DNA from: Nitrososphaerota archaeon
Lineage (GTDB): Archaea; Thermoproteota; Nitrososphaeria; Nitrososphaerales; Nitrosopumilaceae
Assembly (NCBI GenBank): GCA_028867755.1
Contig: JAGWFT010000002.1
Span: forward strand, 32,001 to 96,000
Direction of reading: 5' to 3'
Length of the DNA stretch: 64,000 bases
Of the stretch, positions 48,723 to 56,820 are shown piece after piece; position 1 is the first letter of the stretch, and each line of letters opens with the position of its first letter. Below the pieces are notes generated by a model that was not told the origin of the DNA, did no database searches, and saw only the letters and a program-made list of their open reading frames with translations. A program made the position numbers and the translations under genes.

Positions 48723-48794
48723 AGCTAGATTCATTGCAACTATGAAATGCTTTTATTAAAATTATTGCTTAGATGTATACTAAAGAAAGAATAA

Positions 48795-48836
48795 TATCAT
48801 AAAAAGACGATTTTGGGATAAAATACCTTTTATAGA
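48795..48836 (+). promoter_or_regulatory. Promoter copy 1 of the amt-type 42-bp element (upstream of Cas4-like gene)
   Basis: TATCATAAAAAGACGATTTTGGGATAAAATACCTTTTATAGA; 37/42 identical to 51382-51423; 22 nt to ATG. Confidence 0.85.
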
Positions 48837-48858
48837 TCAAAAACCGCTTTTTCAAAGA

Positions 48859-49605
48859 ATGACCGAATCTAAAATCAAGAAGGTTCGAATAGTAGAGAAA
48901 GTTCAAGAAAAACTCAAGCAGGGAATCGATAACTATAGAGCAGCAGGTGACGCAGCACCAAAATTTGATGTCTATGATGTGATCGAAGAAGTGTTTGCAG
49001 CAATTAATCCAACAATAGCTGACGAAGGTAAAGTAACAGTGGATGAGGTCAGCGGTTGTCTGCGAGCTTCATATCTGGACAGAAAAGATCCATCTGAAAA
49101 AACTCACAAACAGATGCTGTCAAAAATTATGCAAAAGAGTGCATTGAGCATTATGGAAAAACCCGTAGAGGGACAGCTTGATGCAGGCTCCGGCGTAAAA
49201 CTAGTTGGCAGAGCAGAAAGAGTTGAAGATGATGTAGCAATGGTGTTCAAGGCAGTCGAGGAATTACCAGAGATGCCATATCCAGAACACTTCATACAGC
49301 TAAATTCCTATCTGCACATGTTTGGAAAACCAGAAGGTGTAATCGTCTACTTCGACAAAGAAGGAAATGAAATGGAATTCCAAGTTCCAAGAAGTGACCG
49401 ACTCATGGGTGAAACCAAACGTAGAGCTCGTATATTGAACACATTGTTGAAAAACAATATTGCTCCTGCAATAGAACCATCCGAAAGATGTCTTAGTTGC
49501 CCACATAACGAAAAGTGTTACTATACATCTGAGGACAAACAAAAATGGGGCTTTTGGGCTCGTGGCAAATGGCGCGAACTTAAACCAAAAGACAACATCC
49601 TATAA
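48859..49605 (+). CDS. Solo Cas4-like Fe-S protein with degenerate nuclease site
   Basis: C67 plus C211xxC214x5C220; QxxxY (Q147-Y151) kept; motif II GRAE, motif III VFK; no cas genes or array nearby. Confidence 0.75.
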   Translation: MTESKIKKVRIVEKVQEKLKQGIDNYRAAGDAAPKFDVYDVIEEVFAAINPTIADEGKVTVDEVSGCLRASYLDRKDPSEKTHKQMLSKIMQKSALSIMEKPVEGQLDAGSGVKLVGRAERVEDDVAMVFKAVEELPEMPYPEHFIQLNSYLHMFGKPEGVIVYFDKEGNEMEFQVPRSDRLMGETKRRARILNTLLKNNIAPAIEPSERCLSCPHNEKCYYTSEDKQKWGFWARGKWRELKPKDNIL

Positions 49606-49720
49606 CTACACTTTTTTATTCTAATTTTTATTTTATGGAATGCCAATAACTGAATTTGATCTCTTATCCCTCTCTCATAAGATCTAATAGTACAAAGCAG
49701 AAATTATGTAATTCTGTAAA

Positions 49721-49945
49721 TCACTTCAATGTGTCTGAATTTTCTACATTTCTTAGGTAAACTTTAGTCTTGAATGGTTTTTGTGCGTCCTTGTGATGAT
49801 ACAAGATCTTGATGCCGTGCTCAAAAGGTACAATCTGAATAGAATCAGTTGGCTGTAATGAATTATCAGTCTCTCTTAGATATTCAACTAATTCTCTTTG
49901 TGGCATTTTAAGAATTTCTTCTATTTTTTTTCTGCTAGATTTCAA
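49721..49945 (-). CDS. Hypothetical protein (74 aa)
   Basis: ORF with TATA-like element upstream; TTG start. Confidence 0.6.
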   Translation of the reverse strand: MKSSRKKIEEILKMPQRELVEYLRETDNSLQPTDSIQIVPFEHGIKILYHHKDAQKPFKTKVYLRNVENSDTLK

Positions 49946-50063
49946 TATGTTCCGAATTCAATTCTGATATATAATGTGTCTTGATTTTGGTACTCATTGA
50001 TGATACTGTTGATACGGTGTCATGTTTACTGTTAAATATGCTAAATGATTTGAGACCTTTGAT

Positions 50064-50540
50064 ATGGTTGATAGCAAAATAGATTGGTTTGAAAATTTTC
50101 TAGGACTTGGGTATCATCTTTATGATGTCAGGCCAGTTTTACTTGTTCTTTTAGATGAAAGAAAGGAAATTGCTAATACTTGGAATAAGATTCTGAAATA
50201 TTTTCCAGACGATGAAATTAAAACAAGATTCATAGAAAGAGGATCTACCTATGAATTTGTTCTTTATTGTGAATCTCGTATATTGCAGACTACATGGGTT
50301 TTCCTAAAATCTCTTAACATGTCTGAGCATTACAAGCAGTTCAAAGAAGACTATGATGGTGCAGCTGTACTAAAACTAGCATTGTACATCAAAAAAAAGA
50401 AAGGTGACAACGAACTAGAGATATTCAAGTATCAAAAAAGACTAACAAATGTAAAATTTCTTACTGAACCAGAAGCAGAACAGGATTTCATACTGACAAG
50501 AGCTACTCAGAAGCTTCATGACAAGCCACATGATAATTAA
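50064..50540 (+). CDS. Hypothetical protein (158 aa)
   Basis: ORF with TTAAATA about 25 nt upstream. Confidence 0.75.
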   Translation: MVDSKIDWFENFLGLGYHLYDVRPVLLVLLDERKEIANTWNKILKYFPDDEIKTRFIERGSTYEFVLYCESRILQTTWVFLKSLNMSEHYKQFKEDYDGAAVLKLALYIKKKKGDNELEIFKYQKRLTNVKFLTEPEAEQDFILTRATQKLHDKPHDN

Positions 50541-50561
50541 AACCACGATAGATAGTGTATG

Positions 50562-51080
50562 CTACAAGTGTGATTTTATCAAATTTACCCATTCATCCCA
50601 ATCCAAGCTATAATACATCAGTGGCTGTCGTTGGGGATAATTTATCACGGCTCTTGTTATGGCAAATTCATACTTCTTTATCTTGTTTTTTTGGTCTTTG
50701 AATGTGATTCTAAGAAAGTTTACTTTTCTAGATGTGACGCTCTCAACATTTACTATGGAACTCAATGGAATCATCCAACTTTTAGAACTCTTTGATATGT
50801 CCTCGTCTAGATCTGCTTCAGAATAATGTGCAAGTTTTCCCACCCTTGCCTTGTCGTCACCAAAGTACTTCTCCCTCTCTTTAGGCGTGATATACAAATA
50901 ATGAGGGGCAAAAATTACATTCTTGTCTGTTAATGCAAGAACTCCTTCCTTACTTTTATGGAAAAAGCCTGCTAATCCAAGAGCTATTCCCCAAATCTTT
51001 GGAAGCGAAGCTATGATGTATTCTTCGTCTTCTAAATTAACTCTCATTGAAATAAGCAATACTGAAGATGGGTAAATCAA
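50562..51080 (-). CDS. Hypothetical protein, possible PH-like fold
   Basis: GVLALTDKNVIF...IPLSSIVNVE pattern; start may be 51047. Confidence 0.7.
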   Translation of the reverse strand: MIYPSSVLLISMRVNLEDEEYIIASLPKIWGIALGLAGFFHKSKEGVLALTDKNVIFAPHYLYITPKEREKYFGDDKARVGKLAHYSEADLDEDISKSSKSWMIPLSSIVNVESVTSRKVNFLRITFKDQKNKIKKYEFAITRAVINYPQRQPLMYYSLDWDEWVNLIKSHL

Positions 51081-51120
51081 TCTATCTTGCTATAGTGAAA
51101 TATTAAAAATAACGTGGATT

Positions 51121-51282
51121 TTATGGATGGCCTTCGCCTTCAAACGTCATTCCATAAGTTCCAGCATGTTTGCCTTCTTTGATTCTCTTGTATCGATACG
51201 CCCTTTCACCAAAGTAAATGGCAATCGTCATTCCAAGAGCAACTGCAGTTGCAATGAATATAGTTATGTCTGCTTCTGCCAT
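51121..51282 (-). CDS. 53-aa single-TM protein divergent from amt (absent from ORF track)
   Basis: MAEADITIFIATAVALGMTIAIYFGERAYRYKRIKEGKHAGTYGMTFEGEGHP; ATG..TAA, TM then basic cluster. Confidence 0.7.
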   Translation of the reverse strand: MAEADITIFIATAVALGMTIAIYFGERAYRYKRIKEGKHAGTYGMTFEGEGHP

Positions 51283-51381
51283 GGCAAAGATACTTGGTAG
51301 CTTGTATAATAATTTTCTTTAAGATTTTTTGAAATTTTATGATACCATAATTCGATCAAAAGTATCATATCTTCTGTATAG

Positions 51382-51423
51382 TATCATAAAAAAGAGTTTT
51401 TAGGATAAAATACCTTTTATAGA
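51382..51423 (+). promoter_or_regulatory. amt promoter (copy 2 of the 42-bp element)
   Basis: TATCATAAAAAAGAGTTTTTAGGATAAAATACCTTTTATAGA with TATA-like TTTTATAG; 22 nt to ATG. Confidence 0.85.
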
Positions 51424-51445
51424 CGAGAACCATCTCTACGAAAAG

Positions 51446-52951
51446 ATGTCGGAAACAATCTCGAGAATGCCATTACAGATATTATCTAAGCACAAATGGC
51501 CGCTCGTTTTTGCCTTGGCAGCTTTGGTCGTCACAGTGTCAGGATTCACTGCAATGCAAGACGCACAAGCACAATTTGGTCCAATTGGCAATCTTGCCAA
51601 TCCGCAAAAGACAAATGAAATTCACTGTGGTCAAGCAATGACCCCACCAGGAAATGGAACCTTTGGTGGTAGTGAAGCACCATGTATCGATACAGGAGAT
51701 ACAACTTTCATGTACGCAGCAGCTGTGTTCGTCATGATAATGACACCAGGTGGTGTCGGTTTCTTGTATGGTGGTGCCACACGAAGAAAACAAGCACTAA
51801 CAGTCATCTTACAGAATTTCATGGTCTACTCAATTGTGAGTGTTCAGTGGGTCGTTTGGGGTTATGCAATAATGTTTGGTCCATCTGCAGATCCATATGG
51901 TTTCATCGGAAACTTGGATTGGTTTGGACTGAATAATGTCTTTCATAATGCACCAGCTGACGTTTACGCACCAACAATTCCACACTTGGCCTATGTTATG
52001 TTCCAGCTCATGTTCGCTGCTATCACTCCTGCACTTGCAATCGCAGGATATGCTGATAGAGTCAAAATGAGTGCATTTCTGATTCATGTAGTTCTATGGA
52101 CTACATTTGTCTATGACTTTGTTGGACATGCAAACTGGTCACTTGGAAGTCAGGGCACTTCAGTAGGTTGGTTAGCAAAAATAGGGACAGAAGACTTTGC
52201 AGGTGGTACAGTCATCCACATCACATCAGGTTTTGCTGGATTAGCTGCCGCAATGTTCCTTGGACGTAGAATAGGTTATGGAAAAGCTCCATTTGAACCT
52301 CATTCAATTCCGCTAATTATCCTAGGAGCTACAATTCTTTGGTTTGGTTGGTTCGGTTTCAACCCAGGAAGTGCAGGATTTGCAGGGTTCCTTGAAACTC
52401 AGGCTTTCCAAAACACGAACGTGGCAACGGCTGTTGCGGCAATTTGGTGGCTGTTTCTATCTTGGGCTCACACAGGAAAAGCAAGTGCAATTGGCGCTTG
52501 TAACGGTGCAGTAGCTGGACTTGTAGCAATTACGCCAGCGTCAGGTTTCATTGGAACTTGGGCATCAATAATCGTAGGCTTTGCATGTGCAACTGTCTGC
52601 TTCTATTGTGTCTTAATCAAGAACCGGGCAAGAATAGACGATGCGTTGGATACATGGGGTGTCCACGGAATGGGTGGTGTTACTGGTGCACTCTTAACAG
52701 GTGCGTTCAGTGAAACACGTATCAATCCATACGGTCACAACGGACTATTCTTTGGAAACCCAATGCAGTTTGTAATCAACTGTGAAGGAGCAGGCTTTGG
52801 AGCCGCATGGTCATTTGGTATCACTTACATAATATGGAGAATACAAGATGCAATTTGGCCTGGCGGTGTAAGAGTCACACCAAAAGAAGAAGAGATAGGC
52901 TTAGACTTGTCACAAGTCGGAGAAAGAGCATACTCGCAATTTGCGGAGTAG
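51446..52951 (+). CDS. amt: Ammonium transporter (Amt) with N-terminal signal/extension
   Basis: FQLMFA, DFAGGTVIH, WFGWFGFNPGS, GVHG twin-His and Phe-gate residues. Confidence 0.97.
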   Translation: MSETISRMPLQILSKHKWPLVFALAALVVTVSGFTAMQDAQAQFGPIGNLANPQKTNEIHCGQAMTPPGNGTFGGSEAPCIDTGDTTFMYAAAVFVMIMTPGGVGFLYGGATRRKQALTVILQNFMVYSIVSVQWVVWGYAIMFGPSADPYGFIGNLDWFGLNNVFHNAPADVYAPTIPHLAYVMFQLMFAAITPALAIAGYADRVKMSAFLIHVVLWTTFVYDFVGHANWSLGSQGTSVGWLAKIGTEDFAGGTVIHITSGFAGLAAAMFLGRRIGYGKAPFEPHSIPLIILGATILWFGWFGFNPGSAGFAGFLETQAFQNTNVATAVAAIWWLFLSWAHTGKASAIGACNGAVAGLVAITPASGFIGTWASIIVGFACATVCFYCVLIKNRARIDDALDTWGVHGMGGVTGALLTGAFSETRINPYGHNGLFFGNPMQFVINCEGAGFGAAWSFGITYIIWRIQDAIWPGGVRVTPKEEEIGLDLSQVGERAYSQFAE

Positions 52952-53057
52952 TGTTCAGAACCCCTTCATTTTTCTGTTTATTTTTCATAATCTAGAGTGA
53001 GATGAATCTATTTTGGTTTCAGAAACGGTAAAAAGGATGGGGGCTTAGACTCAAACA

Positions 53058-53270
53058 ATGGTCGACAAATGGTTAGCATTTTGTGCATCACAATTCCTAA
53101 GCGGAGGATTGGGATTCTATTGGGGATTTGCAGCAAGAGCTGATCCACATCATTATAATTTGATATTCATGTATGTCGGAGGTTTCTTTTTCTCACTTGG
53201 CGTATTTGCTATAACTCGATGGGGATTTGACAGGTGGAAGTCAAAACAGAAACCACGACGACGTAAATAA
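53058..53270 (+). CDS. Small two-TM membrane protein
   Basis: Two hydrophobic segments, basic C-terminus; follows amt. Confidence 0.7.
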   Translation: MVDKWLAFCASQFLSGGLGFYWGFAARADPHHYNLIFMYVGGFFFSLGVFAITRWGFDRWKSKQKPRRRK

Positions 53271-53359
53271 ATCCCAACTTTTTCATACCTTTTAAAATTA
53301 ATTTTTTATAAATTAGGTTTGTTTATATCAACCAGTCTTACGAATACCTTTGATCTTCT

Positions 53360-54052
53360 TTGTCCAAAGACAAATCATTTCATTTGACCAGAAAAAAACG
53401 CTATATGATCTTTGCAGTTATTACAGCAGTGGGAGTGGGAATTGCACTCTCTAATTCTTTGAGCAGCTTCAATTATGGGCATACAAAAGACTGGAATTTT
53501 GATTCTTACCAAAATAATACTTTGCCTGCAGATTTTGCAGCCTTTGAATCAAATTCTGAATCTGGATTGTGGGTGGTAAAAGCTGATGACTCGACATCAT
53601 CAAAACCTAATGTGTTAGCAACATTGCCTACCGTAAATAGTTCAGGTTATCATATGCAAATAATGCCTGATTCTCCTGCAGTATCTGATGCTGAAATCAG
53701 TGTAAAATTCAAGATAATGCCTGGTCACAAGGTAGAGCAAGCTGGACTGGTAATCCGATTTATTGACCCAAGTCACTATTTTGTTTTGATGGCAGATCCG
53801 GCAAACAATAGGCTCTCATTGTGTAAAGCTGATATTCAATTTGTAGTGTGTAACTATGAGATAAACACGCCAATTAGTACAGGTGAATGGCACACTTTGA
53901 AAGCTACTACCTCATCAGAGGGCATAGGAGGGTGGTTAGATGGTAGCGAACTGATCAAAGCCAATAATGAATACTATCAAACTGGACAGGTGGGACTGTG
54001 GACCAAGGATGATACTGAAGCTTCTTTTGATGACCTGAAAATCGACTACTAG
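53360..54052 (+). CDS. Membrane-anchored concanavalin/DUF1080-like beta-sandwich protein
   Basis: QAGLVIRF, WHTLK, GQVGLW..SFDDLKI; TTG start. Confidence 0.7.
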   Translation: MSKDKSFHLTRKKRYMIFAVITAVGVGIALSNSLSSFNYGHTKDWNFDSYQNNTLPADFAAFESNSESGLWVVKADDSTSSKPNVLATLPTVNSSGYHMQIMPDSPAVSDAEISVKFKIMPGHKVEQAGLVIRFIDPSHYFVLMADPANNRLSLCKADIQFVVCNYEINTPISTGEWHTLKATTSSEGIGGWLDGSELIKANNEYYQTGQVGLWTKDDTEASFDDLKIDY

Positions 54053-54139
54053 CGATTTCGATAAAAACATCCCTGCTGAAATCCTAATGCTAGGCAAAGT
54101 TTTTGAAACTTTTATTAAATGACTAGGTGAAACTAAGAT

Positions 54140-54448
54140 ATGTTATTTGGAATTTTTGCAGTGCACAGTCCAGAATTGTGTCCATTGAACAACACCCGAA
54201 GCAAGAAAATTTTCTTGGAAATTGAAAACAAAATGAAAGCAAACATGAAGAAATTCAATATATCCAAAGTCGTTAACTTTTACATGTCAGTACTTGAGCA
54301 CGAATGGATAATTATCTTGGATGCAAAAAATGCACATGATATAGAACAGCTTTGTATTGCTGTTGGGATATCGTCTCTGAGTACTGTAAAAATTGTGCCT
54401 ATGAATGACTTTAAAGTAGTTGCAAAAAAATTCAAATCTAAAAACTGA
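54140..54448 (+). CDS. Small ferredoxin-fold-like hypothetical protein
   Basis: HSPELCP and EH motif, VKIVPM C-terminus. Confidence 0.65.
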   Translation: MLFGIFAVHSPELCPLNNTRSKKIFLEIENKMKANMKKFNISKVVNFYMSVLEHEWIIILDAKNAHDIEQLCIAVGISSLSTVKIVPMNDFKVVAKKFKSKN

Positions 54449-54501
54449 TATCTTCTGCCTAAATAGGCAGGAATTAGTATGGCCAAAGTCTAAGGTTTAC
54501 T

Positions 54502-54792
54502 GTGAGCTCAAGCAAGGATAATCACGAAAAAGTTCGTTTGCGAAGTCAGCTAATTCTTGCATTGATTCCAAGTTTTATTTCACAGATGATTGCCTTCTAC
54601 AGAATTAGAAAAGTGCTTTACGGAATTATAATAGAGGTAGCAATTTTCTTCATTGCTCTTGTCATTAACTTGGTAATATCGTGGCCAATTGGGATGGTGT
54701 TTGCTTTGCCAATAACTGTTGGAATTCCTGTCTATTATATCAGAAAATGGACTATGGAATTTAATCGTGCAGATCAAGGTATGTTTGGATAA
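54502..54792 (+). CDS. Small membrane protein
   Basis: Hydrophobic ORF convergent with amoB. Confidence 0.65.
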   Translation: MSSSKDNHEKVRLRSQLILALIPSFISQMIAFYRIRKVLYGIIIEVAIFFIALVINLVISWPIGMVFALPITVGIPVYYIRKWTMEFNRADQGMFG

Positions 54793-54843
54793 AGTCACCG
54801 CTAGTTGTGGTTTAATAAAATGAAAAGAGAGGGGGTGATTTTT

Positions 54844-55410
54844 TTAAATCACTTGCCACGGTCTTGTTGCAAATGTAATCGCATAACCTACTCCAATCAC
54901 TATTGATTGATATACAATGTTTGTATATGGAATTGGTTTTACGATTGGGTCGCCTGTTACGACTATAGTTTGTCCTGGACCAAGACCTGGACCGATGCTT
55001 GCTACGTTAAGCTGCGTATGCATGTGATATACTGCTGGCTCTAAAGCCCTGATTGTGAGCTTGTATGGAACCACACCGTTTGCTGGAATCGTAATTACGT
55101 TTCCTGGTGGGTCTCTTGAGACAATCTCCCATCTGTTACCAGCGTTAGGAGAGTCACCATATACAGTGTACCAGCCTCTGAGATCTCTATTTACGAGACT
55201 CACAAACTTGCCAGAATCTGTCAGAGTATCGCCTGTTTGGACAGATTGTTTAGACCAAGTCTCATCGTCTATCCTTACGAAACGGCTCTGCAGCTGTGCT
55301 TGTACACCGTGAGCTTCTGCATGTTGGAACATTTGTGCAAATGATGGTCCAACTGCTCCAAGTGCTACTATCACACCTATTGCAGCTACAATAAACTTCT
55401 TATCGACCAT
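54844..55410 (-). CDS. amoB: Ammonia monooxygenase subunit B
   Basis: AHGVQAQLQSRFV, YHMHTQLNV, C-terminal TM ending RPWQVI. Confidence 0.97.
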   Translation of the reverse strand: MVDKKFIVAAIGVIVALGAVGPSFAQMFQHAEAHGVQAQLQSRFVRIDDETWSKQSVQTGDTLTDSGKFVSLVNRDLRGWYTVYGDSPNAGNRWEIVSRDPPGNVITIPANGVVPYKLTIRALEPAVYHMHTQLNVASIGPGLGPGQTIVVTGDPIVKPIPYTNIVYQSIVIGVGYAITFATRPWQVI

Positions 55411-55496
55411 ATCGCTTAACTAATCCAACTGACAAACAACAATGATATATGTTTTGCCCTATCTGTAATCGATCAAAAATAAACGTGAGGTAAAGG

Positions 55497-55520
55497 ATGA
55501 TTAACATCGACGTTAATCAT
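55497..55520. promoter_or_regulatory. Perfect 9-bp inverted repeat between divergent amoB and amoC
   Basis: ATGATTAAC-ATCGAC-GTTAATCAT. Confidence 0.6.
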
Positions 55521-55673
55521 GAATGTGACAGTCATTTAGCATTGAATTCATAACTTTAATTCTTGATTAAATTAAATATATTTTCTAATCATAGGCTAAA
55601 TATGAAATAATTAGAAAATATTATGTGGTTTTTACAACTCATACTTTAAATAAACACACAACTACTCTCACAC

Positions 55674-56237
55674 ATGGCACAAATGCCGGCACTGATTCCA
55701 AAAGAAGTTGAGATCCAGAGACTGAAGAAGATCTGGATGATCATCATCGCATTGGGATCGATCGCAGCATCCGTAGAGGTCGACAACTTTGTAGATGGAT
55801 CTCTACACCAGACATCAATCAGAGACAGTGCCTTCACACCAGCACACTGGTGGTTATACAGCCACTTTATTGCACTCCCATTAGGTTGGGCAGCAATTTC
55901 CATGTATGACAGGAAGGTACCAATCCTGAGAGGTCCAAACAACTCAATGAACACTGGTCTTAAGATGACTATTCTCGGTTATCTAGCAACAATGTTTACA
56001 ATCGGTGTTAATGAGATGTGGCACTTCTGGTATGTAGAGGAAATCTTTGCAGTTCCAAACCACTGGATGTTCAATATGGGTGTAGTCGTAGCATTCATGG
56101 GCGCACTTGCCTATGTAGTTAGAGTCTACGCACGTCTAGTCGAACTTGGCGCAGAAACACCAGGTGAGAATCCATATGTTGCAGAAATGTACAAGATGGC
56201 CTTAGAAGGCAAATTGTACAGCAGATCCATCCCATAA
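55674..56237 (+). CDS. amoC: Ammonia monooxygenase subunit C
   Basis: EVDNFVDGSLHQTSIRDSAFTPAHWW, NEMWHFW. Confidence 0.98.
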   Translation: MAQMPALIPKEVEIQRLKKIWMIIIALGSIAASVEVDNFVDGSLHQTSIRDSAFTPAHWWLYSHFIALPLGWAAISMYDRKVPILRGPNNSMNTGLKMTILGYLATMFTIGVNEMWHFWYVEEIFAVPNHWMFNMGVVVAFMGALAYVVRVYARLVELGAETPGENPYVAEMYKMALEGKLYSRSIP

Positions 56238-56343
56238 ACAAGCGCAAAAGCGCCTTTTTTCTTATTTTTGAGATCTACTAATGCTAAATTAGTACTCTCA
56301 TTCAGGAAAAACTTAAAAGCAAATGCCTTTCTAATTAAGCCAA

Positions 56344-56706
56344 ATGACCTTACCAAAAGGATTCGGTTCAGGTGGCGGAGCCTCTAGTTCTGACGTTTCC
56401 AAGATGATTGGTAGACGTATAGAGAACTACATTGGTCCAATCACAGGCATATTCATTGGTCTGTGGCTAGGAACATGGGGAGGAGTTGCCGTCGCAGTTA
56501 CCTACTATCCGTGGGCATATCCACCGCCAAGCGCACACTATGCATTAACTGTGCTTACAATCATTGAGGCTATTGGATACATGTTATGTGTTAAAGTAGC
56601 AACTGAAGGCACAGACAAAGCAAAGACATACAATGGTCTTATTGCAGGCGTGATAGCCGCAATTGCTGTCGCAACAGTACTGACAGATTGCTTCTTCTTC
56701 GGATAG
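56344..56706 (+). CDS. amoX: Ammonia monooxygenase subunit X
   Basis: MTLPKGFGSGGG, YYPWAYP; between amoC and amoA. Confidence 0.88.
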   Translation: MTLPKGFGSGGGASSSDVSKMIGRRIENYIGPITGIFIGLWLGTWGGVAVAVTYYPWAYPPPSAHYALTVLTIIEAIGYMLCVKVATEGTDKAKTYNGLIAGVIAAIAVATVLTDCFFFG

Positions 56707-56820
56707 AAGAACTATCCATTTTTCCTTTCTTTTATTAAATACAGGGCCTCAGTTGAGGCTTTGATCCTGATCTCGTACCTCATAAAATTTTATATACATC
56801 ACATATGTCATTAGTAGCTA

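Noticed and set aside
48859-49605. CRISPR-Cas locus suggested by the Cas4-like gene
   Set aside because: No repeat-spacer array and no cas1/cas2 or effector genes anywhere in the window
51400-51415. NrpR operator at the amt promoter
   Set aside because: Sequence does not fit GGAA-N6-TTCC
56320-56330. 11-nt perfect match (CAAATGCCTTT) to the D guide of the 26464 sRNA upstream of amoX
   Set aside because: Lies between the probable TATA and start site so is likely untranscribed; an AT-rich 11-mer can occur by chance; the rRNA target explains the guide
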